Shown: positions 1 to 13,476 of the stretch, piece by piece
How the letters are laid out: every line of letters begins with the position of its first letter
Numbering within the stretch: the stretch's first letter is position 1
Assembly (NCBI GenBank): GCA_010405405.1
Contig: MU004234.1
Span: 1,577,275 to 1,641,274 of the forward strand
Reading direction: 5' to 3'
Origin: Microthyrium microscopicum
Lineage: Eukaryota
DNA length: 64,000 nt
The notes under the pieces: model-generated
The model's input: only the letters and a program-made list of their open reading frames with translations
Told to the model about the DNA's origin: nothing
The model's database searches: none
Translations under genes and position numbers: made by a program

Positions 1-1
1 C

Positions 2-1849
2 GTTCGCGAGTACTTTGAACGAGAACACACTGAATTGCTTCGGGAGGGCGTACGTGAGTCGATATCTGTTGTTTTGAATTTGCTTCAACATCCGGAATCC
101 CGGTCTCTCCAACACAAGAGTTCACTCGACGCAAGCAAGAAGGCTCTCACTGCACTTGTTGTTTATGGTCGTAAATATTGGCCCGAGATGTACCGCTCTG
201 CCGAATCTCTCGGCAGCAGCAACATCGCTCAGTCTGCGCTTGAGTTTCTGGGATCAACTGGAATACCAGGAATAGCCTATTGGGAATGGTATACCATTTT
301 CAAGGAGGACAATATAGTCGATGTTCAAGATTTTCAATTGTTATTCGCCGGAGCGCCCCAGGATTGGACACAATATTTCGAGCACGTAGAAGAAAATGGG
401 CATATATTATTTCCAATCTGCTACTTGGGCCTTGGCACAGCACTGGAAAGATGGTGCGCCCAGTCCGGAGTCGATGCAACATTCGATACGGACCTCAAGA
501 ATTCTGAGGGCTTTGATCTACTATCTCTCGCAGTGTTACAGAACCATCCATCAACTGTGGAACAGCTACTTGTAAAAGGGGCAGATGTGAACACTCAGCA
601 TGCTGGCACGTTCGGCAGCGCGCTCGCCCTCGCTGCAACGAGAGGATTCGTCGATATTGTGGTTTTACTTTTGCAACATGGAGCACTGCCTAACGAAAAG
701 CTGGGAGGACATAGGTACGGAAGCGCTCTTGTAGCCGCAGCTAGCCACGGCAGACTCGAGATCGTGCGAATCCTTCTCGATAAAGGCGCAGATCCTCACC
801 TGCAAATCGAGAATGGGGAGTATGGTTGCGCCCTAGTAGCCGCTTGTGCCCGCCATGATGGTGCCGATATCATAGAAATACTGCTGAACTGCGGTGTGGA
901 CATCAACGCACAGCCTAGGGATCAGTTTAGCCCGCTAATGACTGCAATATCACGTGGAAATATAGCACTCGTCAAGCTATTGATTGAGCGTGGAGCAGAT
1001 GTCAATCTGCAAGCTTGTCACAAGTATCATGGTAGCGCCTTGCAAATTGCCGCTGCGGGCGATCAACTGCCCGTACTTCAGTTACTGCTCGACAAAGGGG
1101 CAGAAGTCGATATGCCGCTTGTTAGCGGATCTATGGGCAGTCCGTTGGCCGCCGCAGCCAGCAATGGCCGTTTCGATCATGTAAAACTACTTCTGCAGCG
1201 AGGTGCAGATATCAACGCCCACCTCAATGGCAAGTATGGGAGCGCGCTGGCGGCTGTGGTGTCAGAAGGCGAGCCAGAGTCCGTGAAGTTGTTACTCGAC
1301 CTCGGCGCAGATGTCAATGCACGCCTTAATGGCGATTTTGGCAGCGCACTGGCGGCTGCAGCATACCATGGCAATATGAAGTCCTTGAAGATGCTGCTGA
1401 GGCACGAGGCAGATCCACATGCAATACTGAACGGGAAGTTTGGCAGCGCGCTAGCTGCAGCAGCCTACAAATGTAGAGTTAGGAGCGTGAAGCTACTTCT
1501 TGACCTCGGCGTGGATGCTAAAGCAAGTCTTAGTGGACAATATGGCAATGCTCTTGCGGCCGTGGCCCATGACGGGGAGAGCGATGAGAACTTCGCAGAA
1601 TGTATGCAAGGCTGGAAGTGGGAGAGAAGAGTTTTGAACGAAGACTCGCGCAGAGTAGCGTTGAAGAGGCTCGAAGCTGATAAGATCGCTCGATTGTTAA
1701 GAGAGCATGGTGCAGTTGGTGGGATGTATGACTTCGAACTAGACACCGAGGAGATGCAATCAGTCAAGGTGTTCAGCGAATGGCGTAGTCAGTTGGAGTC
1801 GGACCAGGATTTAGAGTTTGATGAGGAAGTAGATTGGATGAGGAGGTAG
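2..1849 (+). CDS. Ankyrin-repeat protein, 5'-truncated by window edge; probable C-terminal part of a NACHT-ANK (fungal NLR-like) protein
   Basis: Frame is open from base 2 (VREYFEREH..., resembling the HxSV(R/K)EY(L/F) motif that follows fungal NACHT domains). About 10 ankyrin repeats of the G(K)YGSALAAAA..G....VKLLL..GADVNA type follow. Confidence 0.85.
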   Translation, partial: VREYFEREHTELLREGVRESISVVLNLLQHPESRSLQHKSSLDASKKALTALVVYGRKYWPEMYRSAESLGSSNIAQSALEFLGSTGIPGIAYWEWYTIFKEDNIVDVQDFQLLFAGAPQDWTQYFEHVEENGHILFPICYLGLGTALERWCAQSGVDATFDTDLKNSEGFDLLSLAVLQNHPSTVEQLLVKGADVNTQHAGTFGSALALAATRGFVDIVVLLLQHGALPNEKLGGHRYGSALVAAASHGRLEIVRILLDKGADPHLQIENGEYGCALVAACARHDGADIIEILLNCGVDINAQPRDQFSPLMTAISRGNIALVKLLIERGADVNLQACHKYHGSALQIAAAGDQLPVLQLLLDKGAEVDMPLVSGSMGSPLAAAASNGRFDHVKLLLQRGADINAHLNGKYGSALAAVVSEGEPESVKLLLDLGADVNARLNGDFGSALAAAAYHGNMKSLKMLLRHEADPHAILNGKFGSALAAAAYKCRVRSVKLLLDLGVDAKASLSGQYGNALAAVAHDGESDENFAECMQGWKWERRVLNEDSRRVALKRLEADKIARLLREHGAVGGMYDFELDTEEMQSVKVFSEWRSQLESDQDLEFDEEVDWMRR

Positions 1850-4499
1850 ATTCGGATGAGGAGGACGAGTTCAGTGATGTACTGGTGTCTTGCAAGACCA
1901 TATGAATGAGCTGGCTAATTCTGCCTGAAATGCTACACGTACCGGCAGTGTGTTTGCAGTATTATTTGCTTGTGCTAATGAGCTCCCTGCCTTGCAATGG
2001 ACCTAGGTGCTTTGTCGAAATGAAATACAAAACTTCAAGAATCTTCTTTCACCCAGCGACTAGAGGTAACAAACAGCAAACGTGAGGACACCTACACAGT
2101 TATTTGACCAGCTCTTTTGTGACCACATAATTGGCCAAATCGTTCGCAACGGCTGACGTCTCCAAAAGTTTTTATTTCGTCATCCAATAACTTTCTTTGA
2201 CATTGACTGTGTCACTCATCTGATGGTTTCTACGTAAGACAATTGGCTTCCAGCCCAACATCGAGTATCCCTTCCAAGAGTAGACTGGCTGTTGTGGTAC
2301 TGGGCAGGTCGTGTGGTCCAAGACGATGTTACCGGTCCAATCGGGGAAAAAGCGAAGTGATAGTTTGTATCGAAAGTCTGAGGTCTGTATCAATGAGTGG
2401 TTGCATCAACATCTGGCAACTGTCTATTACTTCACCAGACGGAAAGCGCCGCAAAACGCAAGATTGAAGCCGTGGGACATGACAAAGATAAAGTTATCGA
2501 TTGATAATTTTGAACTACAACCATGAATTAATGCACTGTTGATAATGAACAGGGGTACACCGTCTGGAAGTTCGGACAAGAAGAAACAACATATTTTTGA
2601 ACACAGACCGTTAACACAGACCAGAATGCGGAAGTAACCACCAAGTTACGACCTACAAATAATTGCCTTAGTCTGATAAAGGCAAGTAGATGTCGTTGGT
2701 ATTGTTGTGCGTCAAGCCATTTCTTAGACGGCGGTTGAGCTCATGCAGGGGTAAGACAGACTTGAACTAATCGTCTGTCCGTTCGCTGCAGAACATGATT
2801 TTCTTTTCGAACGTACGCATAGCTATGGGCGAGATGATCAGTCAATAATGTCTTGGATGAGCGGTTGAATCATTGAATGCCAGTAATAGCCGTTGATGTT
2901 GGTCAATAGCGCCGATATGCACCACCAAACGCGACTCAGGCGGCGGCAACAGCAGCCGAGAGTGCTCATGCAGAATCTAGCAGGCTAGGCTTGACAGGCC
3001 TCGCACAGAGGCCCTCCCAGCTTCCGACAGTGAGGACAGTGGTTGCAGCGGAGAGATTGAGCGTGGTTGGTGGGTTGACTTGGTGGTTGTTGGAGATGTA
3101 AAGTACCGGTGGTGAGTGGCGAGAGAGATTGTCGTGCTTATGAATGGACATGATGATCCACTAAACTTGTGCGGGCCGTAACAGACCGCCGTAGGATATA
3201 CCCGCTCGAGGGTTCCTGGCAAGCCTTGTCGATGCTTTCAGTCTATCAATCATTTAATTTATGGAGGAGAATAATGGGGAAAGTTAGAGAAGCTGGGTAG
3301 AAGGCTGGTCTGATATATTCCCATATGCTCATGGGTTGGGGCTCCCTACAGGCGAAATCGAATCCTTCATGACTACCTACCCCCGAAGGTTGCTTTTTGG
3401 TAGTGATGCGTGGAACAAGTCTTTTTCGTTTGCAATCTGCATTGTCTGGTGTTGGGTGCTGGGTCTAGAGCCACCGCACGACAGGCTTGTTTTTCTTCCC
3501 TGTTGTAGAGTAGTGCTTGCAGTTGCATTTGATTGCTTGCTTGTGCTCTGCAAGCCTCACCACCATTTTTAATTCGACTCGCAAGGCGGGCTCAAGGTTG
3601 TGCTAATTTATCCTGGTATTTGGTGCTTTGATGAGGTAGGGAAGGGTTGAAGTTACGAGATGTGGCCAATTTAGGGACCCAAAAGCGGATAAAACGTGGA
3701 GAAGTCCCAGAAGGCCGTCTTCATACAAAGCTTTGCTCTACAATAGAGTTTATCTATTCCTGTTGGTCGGCACACTTGTCCTTTGTTCCCGCGATTGACT
3801 GCTTTCAAGCTCCAACAGCTCATTCTTGAGAAGCTTGAGCCTTCTGTTGCCTTGCTTTCAGAGCTCAACCCTTTTGGAGTCTTGGTTCAGCTTCAACCGA
3901 TTCTTTGTCTCATCTTCTCATCCTCATCAGAACACCTCCATCTCGCCATTACATCTCTGGCTTGTATCCGCAAGCCCTGTTATGCTGTAACCAACTCAGT
4001 CCCCCTGTGCTTTTGATTCGGTTGCATCCGATTTCATTCCACAGCGTTTCCACGGCATCTGCCAGCTTCACCAAAATACCACCCGTCCAGCTCATCCAAC
4101 AGCTCCCAATCGCCACAACCACGCCCGTCCCGGACCTGTCTAACCTTCTCCGGTGCCAGCAGTCTGGTTTTGCTCTGCCTTGTGAATCCTCCCGTTGTCA
4201 CTATCCACTCGCTCGGTTTTTCCCCCCGCGTGTCTATCCCAGGAGCCCCTCTACTGGATGCTGAAGACAGCTACTGCACATTGCCGCTCTCTCTGCACGC
4301 ACTTGCGTCCTCCGACCCATTTCGAGTCAACAATTGCCGCTGACATTAAACGGACTGGTTTCCACGTCTAAACGCCCAGCCGCCAACTCAACTTGAAGCG
4401 CTCCTTCAACCCGCGGCGCCTGGATATCACCTTACAACTTCCACTATATAATTCAGACAGTGGACTTGGGCTCATTCGATTTCTATCCCGACGAAGCCG

Positions 4500-4743
4500 G
4501 TAAGAGTGTGGTCTTTTATCTTCTTTGTTCTGCAAATTCTCTTTTGTACCGGTGCGCGCCTGAAATTGCCGTTTGTTTCAGTCTGGTCATTTCTCTCCCA
4601 TCATTGGCCATCACCGCGACTTTCCTACCCTCCAGATTATTAATATCTGCAAGCCCGTTCCTGACCAAAGCTCCAGTGCAAGTCAATCAAAATTTGGATT
4701 CAATTGACCATCAATTTATGCTAACATTGGTTCGAATCGACAG
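4500..4743 (+). other. Probable 5'-UTR intron of the G-alpha gene
   Basis: GTAAGA donor at 4500, GCTAAC branch site near 4720 and CAG acceptor at 4743, within a pyrimidine-rich leader. Confidence 0.5.
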
Positions 4744-4920
4744 AACCCCGCTTCAGGAACCACCTTGCGAACCCTGACACCCACTTCCCCTACAACGACC
4801 AGAGCTAGCTTGGCTAATTATACATCTTTGGTCACGGAAACACCATTCCTTTATCTACATCGCTTGCCATTCGCGCCATATCCGCTCAATTGAGCCTCAC
4901 TGGCGGTGCGCGAGGGTGTG

Positions 4921-6205
4921 ATGATGCCTGGAATCATGTGTTTTCCAAAGAAAAAGTCCAATCCGGGCTCCGGCCAGAATGCAGCGATTGAGAAGCAAAT
5001 AAGAGCGGACAAGCGAAGACAAGAGAAGGAAGTGAAGATTTTGCTTTTAGGTAAGTGACTGAGATTTGGCAGCGGCGTGTACTAATCCACCGCAACAGGG
5101 GCTGGTGAAAGTGGCAAGTCAACAATACTGAAGCAAATGCGCTTGATTCATAGCACTGGATTCAAGACCGCAGAACGAAAATCATTTCGAAATGTCATCT
5201 TTCAGAACATAGTAGAAGCCTTTTTGATGATGTTTTACATAATGGAAAACCAAAAGACCGCCTTTGAGGATGAAGGCAATCAGGTATTTTTCTTTTGCCT
5301 GTCTTTCTTCATGTATGCTGACCTAAGTTGCTTAGCGATACGTCGAGCTATTGCAACACGAACGAGAACTGTCATTAGATGAAAGCTTACCGCCGGAATA
5401 CCTTCAATGCTTCAAAGACCTTTGGGCTGATATGGGCATACAAATGGCGATACTAAAGGGCAACGAGTATGCTCTCCATGACAATTTGAACTAGTAAGTC
5501 ATCACATTCACCGTCTGGTCTATCTTACTCATCGTAATAAGCTTCTTCGAAGACCTAGATCGCATTTTCGCGCGAGATTGGCTCCCTTCCGACCAAGACA
5601 TTCTACGCACGCGATTACGGACCACTGGTATCAACGATGCCACATTTAATACAGGTGCGCTCACGTACAAGATGTATGATGTTGGTGGGCAAAGATCCGA
5701 GCGAAAGAAGTGGATCCATGTCTTTGATAGTGTTCAAGTCGTCATGTTTCTCGCAGCCATAAGTGGTTACGATCAGTCACTTATTGAAGACCGCAAAGGC
5801 GTAAGTGTTCTCAGTGCTTAATCACCTTGTGGAACCTTTTCTGACCGTTCTTGTTAGAACCAAATGATTGAAGCCCTCTTCCTCTTCGAGCAAATCGCCA
5901 ACTCCCAATACTTTACGAAATCCGCTCTCATCCTCTTTCTCAACAAGATTGATCTATTTAAGGAAAAAGTGCAATCAGGTTTGAGCCCCATCACTCGAAC
6001 GTTCCCCGACTACGCTGGGCACGAGAATGATATCGACGAAGCCAAGCAGTACTTTGCAAAGAAGTTCAAAAAGCTTGTAAAAGACCAGAGAAAGGAGATA
6101 TACACACATTATACCAACGCAACGGACACAAACCTGTTAAAGGTCACCATGCGTTCAGTGCAAGATATGATCGTCCAGAAGAACCTCAACACCTTGATTC
6201 TGTAA
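4921..6205 (+). CDS. Heterotrimeric G protein alpha subunit, group II (GNA-2/GanA-like)
   Basis: Exons 4921-5050, 5099-5283, 5336-5493, 5542-5800, 5858-6205. Motifs GAGESGKST, RLRTTG, DVGGQRSERKKW, NKID and TNATDT; N-terminus (MMPGI)MCFPKKK has no myristoylation Gly. Confidence 0.95.
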
Positions 6206-9200
6206 TAATGGCCCAAACATTCTTTCTCAACGGCACAAACCCAGCTCTTTTGTACATTAGCAGCATCTGACTCCGGCATATCGACTTCGCAACTGGCCAC
6301 AACTGACCTCTCCACCCAACCCTATCCATCCGCAAGACGCATTTTAACACAGCATCCTTGTTTTACAACCACTACGGCGTCTGGCACGAAATTCTTCGTG
6401 ATATACATTAGTTGCCTGGCGGTGGGGCTAATCCTGCTACATCGAACCTTTTACGATGATGAATATTTCTGCGTAATGAATGTGCTTTGCTTTTCTTTTG
6501 TGATGAGATGGCTCAGGAGAAACAAAAGATGGGTATAGGTGTGAGATTTCTCTTTCCAGGTTGCGGTGTATTAGTTGTGGCGTTATAAGTGACCGGGAAT
6601 ATCATGGCGGGTGTTATAGTGCGAGTTCTATATCTACGCGGCGTAGCTTTCAATGAAGCGTTTGATGGCATGACTAAAGTCTTTTGTGCTGTTTTCGTGA
6701 ATGTCTGGTTTGTGAGTGGGCGCTCAGTCTGAATTGCGTGGCTGAAGATGTGATGTTGAAGGTATATCTAGCCCTTAGAGCTAGATGTTTTTGTAAGCGA
6801 ATGAGCAAGTTTAAATTGATGGCGCTTCTTAGTCTGTCCCAGAGAGATCTTGGTGTAAGCAGATATTCTGCACGAGATTCTCAGATTCCCGCTCATTTCG
6901 ATCCTGATGTTCGGTGCAAAAACATGACCAATCTACGATCATGATTCGATCTATCGTATTCATGGGTTCCTGAGATTTGTTTTAAGGCCCAGAATCCTTG
7001 GTCAGTAGATGGCGTCTTATATAACATACATCATGTGGCGGTCTTTGCGAAAGCCTTTATTTGGTCTACTGAATTTGCCGAACAGATCAGATGTCGAAGA
7101 TTATCAGCAAATTTTGGACATTTCGCGATGTTCTTCAATAGGTTAGCTCAGATATTCATGTGGTTGTTGACTTGTTACAGAGCGGCAATGCCGACCCCTG
7201 CAGTAATTGGTAGCCTGGTACGGCAAGTGTCAGTTTCTCCCATTCCCGACCATGCTTCACACCTTTTCTCCTCTTCGCTACACAAACCTGCGGTGAAGCC
7301 GATCTAACATACTAACTTCATATCTCATCGATAGTGACCAGCCTAAAGTCGGGTACAATCGGCTCGACTGGACGCGCTTCTTCCTGGACGGCCTCTTCCG
7401 CATCGAATCTCAAGACTCGAGATCTCGAAAGACGAGCAAGGTGGGAGCTTGGAGCTTTCTGTTTCGTCGACGAGCATTCAAAAGTCTCATTTTACTTTTG
7501 ATGCGAAGCGACGCCATATCGCGCAATATCAAAATGTTGCGTGTTGTTTGGAATGCGCTCCACACACCCTGGCGTGCCTGGGAAACTTCGGAAGACGCCC
7601 CCTATTCCCGGAGTCGCTTCCGACTGGCGACTGCAATAACGTCAACAGTAAACAGTTCCAAAATGTCAACTCATCTTCAAACGTGTACGACAGTACGGAG
7701 AAGTCTCATTTGAGTCACTGCAAATAGCATCCCGTGTTGCCGAGACTAGAGTTCCGAGGCCTTTATAGTCTTCCGGTCACTAATAGCTGCTGCAGAAAGG
7801 CTGACTTGGAGCCTTGCAGCTATTGTATTGGCCAACAGCAACATCAGGTAAGGCAGTCTTGCAGGGGCTTTAATGTCCTAATGCTTATATTCAAACACAA
7901 CGTCTATGGAATACCAAACCTATGGTTTTCGGCCATGGCGACCCCGAACCATGATGTCGTTTCATCTCTTTTTCGAAATCTACGGCTTTCTTTAGTTTTC
8001 AACGATTTTGTGGGGTTAGCTTTAACTACATTGACTCGCTCCCCCACAAAATGACCAACCATTTCAGCCCCCAAAGCCGGTCAGCCTATCTACCAATTTT
8101 TTGCGTGGACATCTTATGCTCCCTGTACTTCTCTCAAGCTCACGGCCCAAGCGACCAATTGCTTCTATCTCGGAGGAAGGACGATCTACTGGCTTTGATT
8201 TACGATCTGTTCGCATGCTCCGAGGACTTGGTGCAAATTCCGCAACTTGTAGATCCACCAGGCCGGTTATGTTTCTTGCCTTCACTTCCCATATGACGCC
8301 TTTTCCAATCACTTACCTGCGGATTTCATATTGTGCTTTTCGTCAATTTCCTTCTTTGGTATTTCATTGGCTCTTCATCTGTCATTTCACCTTGATAGAT
8401 CAGGAAGATACTAAGCAGTTGATGCCCCCTCCGGCATGCATGTCCAGGCCGTTACGGTCTGTTCCTGCTGGCCTCTACTTGTAGGCAGAGATTCTTGTCG
8501 GGATTCGGCATGCACCGCAGGCTTCCGTGGTCGTGATTATTGGGCGAGTATGTTCAAAATCTAGTCATCAGATCATATCAATGTAGTCATTGGTAGGACA
8601 GAAAGCGTCACGTCTAGCTTTCCTACCAGTTAAGTAAACAAAGTCATAGTAGGCATAACAGTGTTTAGAATAGTTTTGTCAAGGTTGGCGGGAGAGCCGT
8701 TTCTCGCGTTTCGCTACGCACAGCCCGGTCATTTGCGGACACTAAAATGGCTTCTCGGTTCGGTATGTGGGCAAGGCTATCCTTCCTGGACTCTTCCATC
8801 TTTGGATCAAAAGGACCTTGACGCCATCATTGGCTGAATCATATCAGCCCAGCAGTGGGCGTGGCATGCGCCCTAGTAAGTGAACTTGAACTCCATTTTA
8901 TATAACGTTTCTCCAACCTCCATCTCAACATGAAAGAAAGTAGCCAACCAGTTTCACATCCTTACCTATTTGGACGACTGAGCCACTCTTTTTGGACCCA
9001 ACTCAGCCTTTCTGACTCAAATGGTATTTCATTACCTAGTGGTCTGTCAACAACGTGCCTTAGTTCCAATCTTCTCTGGCAGTGCACATCAGTGCTCGCT
9101 GCTTGACCAGGCATCGAACGCTGAGGCCTCTATGGATCTTTAGATGGTATGCAAACTTAAACCTTCGAGATGGCAGCTGGATTCTGCCATTATCCAACTT

Positions 9201-9224
9201 CTTCCCCAAGACCACCGCTGCCTC

Positions 9225-10349
9225 ATGGCTGAACGAAAGATGAGGATTGCTGTCGCAGGTACTAACCACCTCGCGCTCTTGATCGCAACCTTTGTCACTC
9301 AATATACGAGTCACCAAATTATCGTTCTCTCTCGTCATGTAAGTCTGAGTCTATCATTTCAACTTTGAGGCCTGTCAATTGCTGACCTCACGATACAGGC
9401 ACAACCTCAACTCACAGATGAGAACTATCAAGTCATGGTGGTCGACTATGATAGTCAAGAATCGCTCCAGCACGCAGTGATGGGCATCCATACTATCATC
9501 TCCACCGTCACTGGCAACGCACAAGTCGCACTCATCCAAGCTGCTGTCGCCCAAGGGGTCCGCCGCTTTGCACCCGCTGAATTCGAAGGTCCCCTGGTCG
9601 CTCGCCAGGCCGACGATCCCCTCGACGCATCTAAAAGTGCTACACGCGACTGGCTCGATCACTTCCGCGACCGCATGGCCTCGACGGTCTTTACGTGTGG
9701 CGTGCTGTATGAGCGTTTTGCGCCCTGGGGTCTATCCAGCCCTCATGTACGACTCTGTCAGGAATCCGAGTATGGAAGTGAGGGCGACTACCTCGTGAAT
9801 CCACGGAACCTACGAGCCAACGCGCCGCTGTACGACCACACCGGTCATGAAGCGACGCTCTGTCTGACAGCAGCGCAAGACGTTGCCTACCTCGTTGTTC
9901 GTGCTCTCGACATGAAGTCCTGGCCCCGCGAACTCACCATGGCCGGCGAACATATGACAGTCGCCGAGCTCCTTGCAACCATTCTCCGTGTTCGTGGTAA
10001 GTTCCTCCCATCATCACTTTTTGCTACATAATAGGCGCCATCAGCCTCAAAGATGACTATGCCACGCCCAGCAGATATCTTGCGCTAATGTCTCACAGGT
10101 CGACCAACACTACATCTTGAATCGAGGACGCCCACCTACAACGAGCTGACCCACGAGCTGCACAACGCCATGATCGCCGGTGACGAGGGTCAACAACTGC
10201 GCGCACGCGAGCTCATAGCCACCGCAAACCGCCGGTACGTTTTTCCGCCCCCAGGTACATTGCGGGACTTGAATCGAAGCTACACCATGATCCGATTTGA
10301 AGACTGGCTAAGGCACAACTGGGCGCCACATGCAGTCCTAGACGATTGA
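9225..10349 (+). CDS. NmrA-like / isoflavone-reductase-like NAD(P)-binding protein
   Basis: Exons 9225-9338, 9399-9996, 10099-10349. MRIAVAGT N-terminus and LIQAAVAQGVRRFAPAEF motif; canonical splice sites restore the frame. Confidence 0.85.
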
Positions 10350-12914
10350 TGACTGTGGCTTGAAGCTGCACAAAAACGGGAAAAGAGCTTGGATAACTGC
10401 GGTAAAATGTGGTGGCGCATATAATGGATACGAAGGAACAAACGGTCGACGCTAAAGCAACAAACTACCCTTCTCAGACTCTACCCAAGTACTTATTGTT
10501 TATTATTACTATTATTCATGTCTTTCTTATGACGGTCATTTAGTTAGAGAAGGGAGGATATCAGAAGGACGACCTTGACGGCAGAATATCACATCTCACT
10601 TGTCTACAAAACTCATTTTGGAAAGAACAAGCGTTATAGCGATTGGCGTTTAGGCTCGAAGAGCCATTTGGTGTAAGCTGGATCTTGCGCCGGCATTGAT
10701 TGTTTTCGATTTTGGCCCCAACGTTGGCAATTTGTTTCATGCGCAGCACGCTTGTTGGTAGAGGTGGTTATGCGTAAAGCGTCATTTGTAGATGTATCTA
10801 ATTAAGCAATTGTAAATATATACGCCCTACAAGGCTTCTTTCCAGGCAACTGACGCGGTGGCGCTCAGCTACCTACCTTCGGCACATGCTTCCGCTACAA
10901 ATGGGGCTAATATGTGGTATCACGATGATGATTTTGTTTGTGTTTTGAACTGCGAGTACTCTTTGCTCACCGGCTGCAAGTCTCATGTGGTTGAAAGAGA
11001 GAAACTCCACATAGAGATGCATCAGATATCAAAAGATGTATGCAAGGCCGCACCGCCACATAGATATAAGCTGTGGCGGCGGTGTGCTTTCGAGACTTGC
11101 TACATGGGGAACATGCGGCTGAATACTCCAACTAGCCACTTGTCTCACTCTGCAGGCGTTTAAATTCTGGTACAAGTAAGAGACTGCTGTTGTGGCGCTA
11201 CTTTGCAGTGGAGGGAATGTCGGCATCTCGCACGGAGCTCAAACTCTACTCCGTAGGATTCAAACGTCAGCCGCCTTGGACCACATTGCCGGATCCGCGA
11301 TGAGGCTGAGGTGAAAATGGCGGGAAGCTGGTCGGGAACTGGCAAGCAAGAAGGGCCGAATCTGATCGTAGCGATGACCAGCAGATTGCCGTACATTACC
11401 CACAGCATTACTATATTTCATGAGGTATCTCGAACCGAAACCTCGAACCAATGTGCTAATCAGTTAATCTTGCCGTAGACCGAGCGGCCAAATGATTGTA
11501 TAGAGTATCTTTTGATATTGGCCCCATCTTTCATTCACCGGTAGTGAACAATCAGCTTGGAGTCTTTAGCGAAGCAATTTGTGTACCCGAATTGGAAGTT
11601 GCATTCAGTCGACCGAGATGTTCGAATATGCTTTAGAGGGTAGCCACGGACAAAAAACTGCATGATGTTGAAGATGCATACTGATCCAGCATGGTGGAGG
11701 CATGATCGACATAGACATGGGTAGCGAGGCTGAAGATTTTCATTCAATATCGAACCTATCACAGGCGTCAAAACTAGCAGTTATTCTACGTAACCGAAGT
11801 TTATGCTGGAGGCGCTGGCGCCACGAGCAGTGGTTGGTCAGATAATGCATGGCGGAGCTATCTTTGGTGACTGCTCAAAAGCTTGATAAACGCCTAGACT
11901 TGCTATTTTTGTCTTTTTGCTAGAATAGCGAGACAAAGTGCTCGGACGCAAATTAGTTGCAATTTCAAACGATCTGTGATGGTTGCACGGTAAAATGATG
12001 GCTTCATGGCTTGAAGTTGGATGAGTAAACGGAATCTATCATCCATCACCCCGCATGAACCGCAGGTTTGCTGCAGATCTGAGGCGAAGCACTGGCACTA
12101 ACTCTTAGTTACTTTGATCTTAATCCTTGTCCAGCTGAAGTATCTGGAGATATGAGGCTTTGCGTATCGGATTTAATACAAGCCATGAAAAGCACTTGCT
12201 TTGAGAATGGTATCTCGATAAATGACCGGATGAGCACATATGAGAAAACTGGCAATGGGGCCAAACCGTATCAGCTGAACGATTAACGAGACCGGCCGCG
12301 AAACATTCCGTAGCAGGATAGAACTGCCTGTATCATATTCTTGTATGATGTCTCAACAGGCATGCAGGCTAACGCTTGAAGAAAAACGATTGAGTAACTA
12401 TCATGAATTACATGGAGAAGGCTGAAGCGTTCTCCCTTCGAGCCATAGACATCACTCTCGGCGCTAGATGGCGATTGCCCTTGGGAGATCGCAAGCATCT
12501 CGCTACTGCTACTTGAAAGACCATCAAGACTTTCTCAGCCGAATAGATGTCAGAGCTTGATATTACTCACACATTTATGTCGTTACGATAAATGAAGCTT
12601 GTTGTCTAGTGTTTAGTGGAGAGCTGAAGTATATGAGGCATATTCATGTAAGCAGTACGCCCACTGAACGAATACAATCAGACCATCTGGTCTCGTCCAT
12701 AGGCTCGTTTTCGTTGGGAATGGAAAGCCTGTTATCTTAAGACATAATTTGAACTTCAAGGCCACTTGTATTACTATACCAGCAATGCAGGAATACACTT
12801 ACACGTCATCGAAAAATAGAAATAATAATTCGAATAAACTGCTACTTTGTGCCGATATTGATCAGAATTTCTTCTACAATTTGGTTAGGTATTTGATTTC
12901 ATCAACACCCATCG

Positions 12915-13140
12915 CAGGCGCTCAACCGCGTGGCAAAATAACTGGCGTTCTCCCATCAACTTCGCTGGCTCCCACGAACGCTTCTAATCAAAAGATGTTA
13001 TATTTTCCATAGCATTCAATAAAATATTCAAATCTAAATGCCCTAGATGGTAAATAAGACACTGATGCTAGAGCTTGTTGTGCAGGAGCTATCGAAGTAG
13101 ATGGGCCCACGCCATTTATTTTGTCTATCGGTTGGCGCTG
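12915..13140 (+). repeat. ~226-bp inverted-repeat (MITE-like) element, copy 1
   Basis: ~55-60-bp imperfect terminal inverted arms; homologous along its length to 17034-17260 and to the reverse complement of 16003-16225. Confidence 0.8.
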
Positions 13141-13476
13141 TACTCTAAAGGACTGGCATGACTGGAGGTAGACATATAAGGCTTCAGCCTTGCCATGTAA
13201 GTATTTGACCAATCAGGAAAGAGCAGGGGTCTGAGGGAAAGGGCGGCCCTGCACAAGGAAAGGCCACCTCACCCAATTGGCAACCGTACAACAATTCCAA
13301 CACCAAATCTTCTATCACCACTTCACTCACTCACCAATCTTCAGCGTCACTGTCACAGTTGGATCTTGCGTCCCGGGCAGACTTGTTGCCAAAGACCCTG
13401 TTGCCAATGTCCTTCATTTGAATAGCCCTTCATTTCCTCCTTTACATCCAGCCTGGTCTCATTGACAGCATCCACA

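Noticed and set aside
7188..8484. Several 80-130-codon ORFs and an intron-like signal near 7218-7333
   Set aside because: I could not build a coherent spliced model or recognise a domain; it may be non-coding or an orphan.
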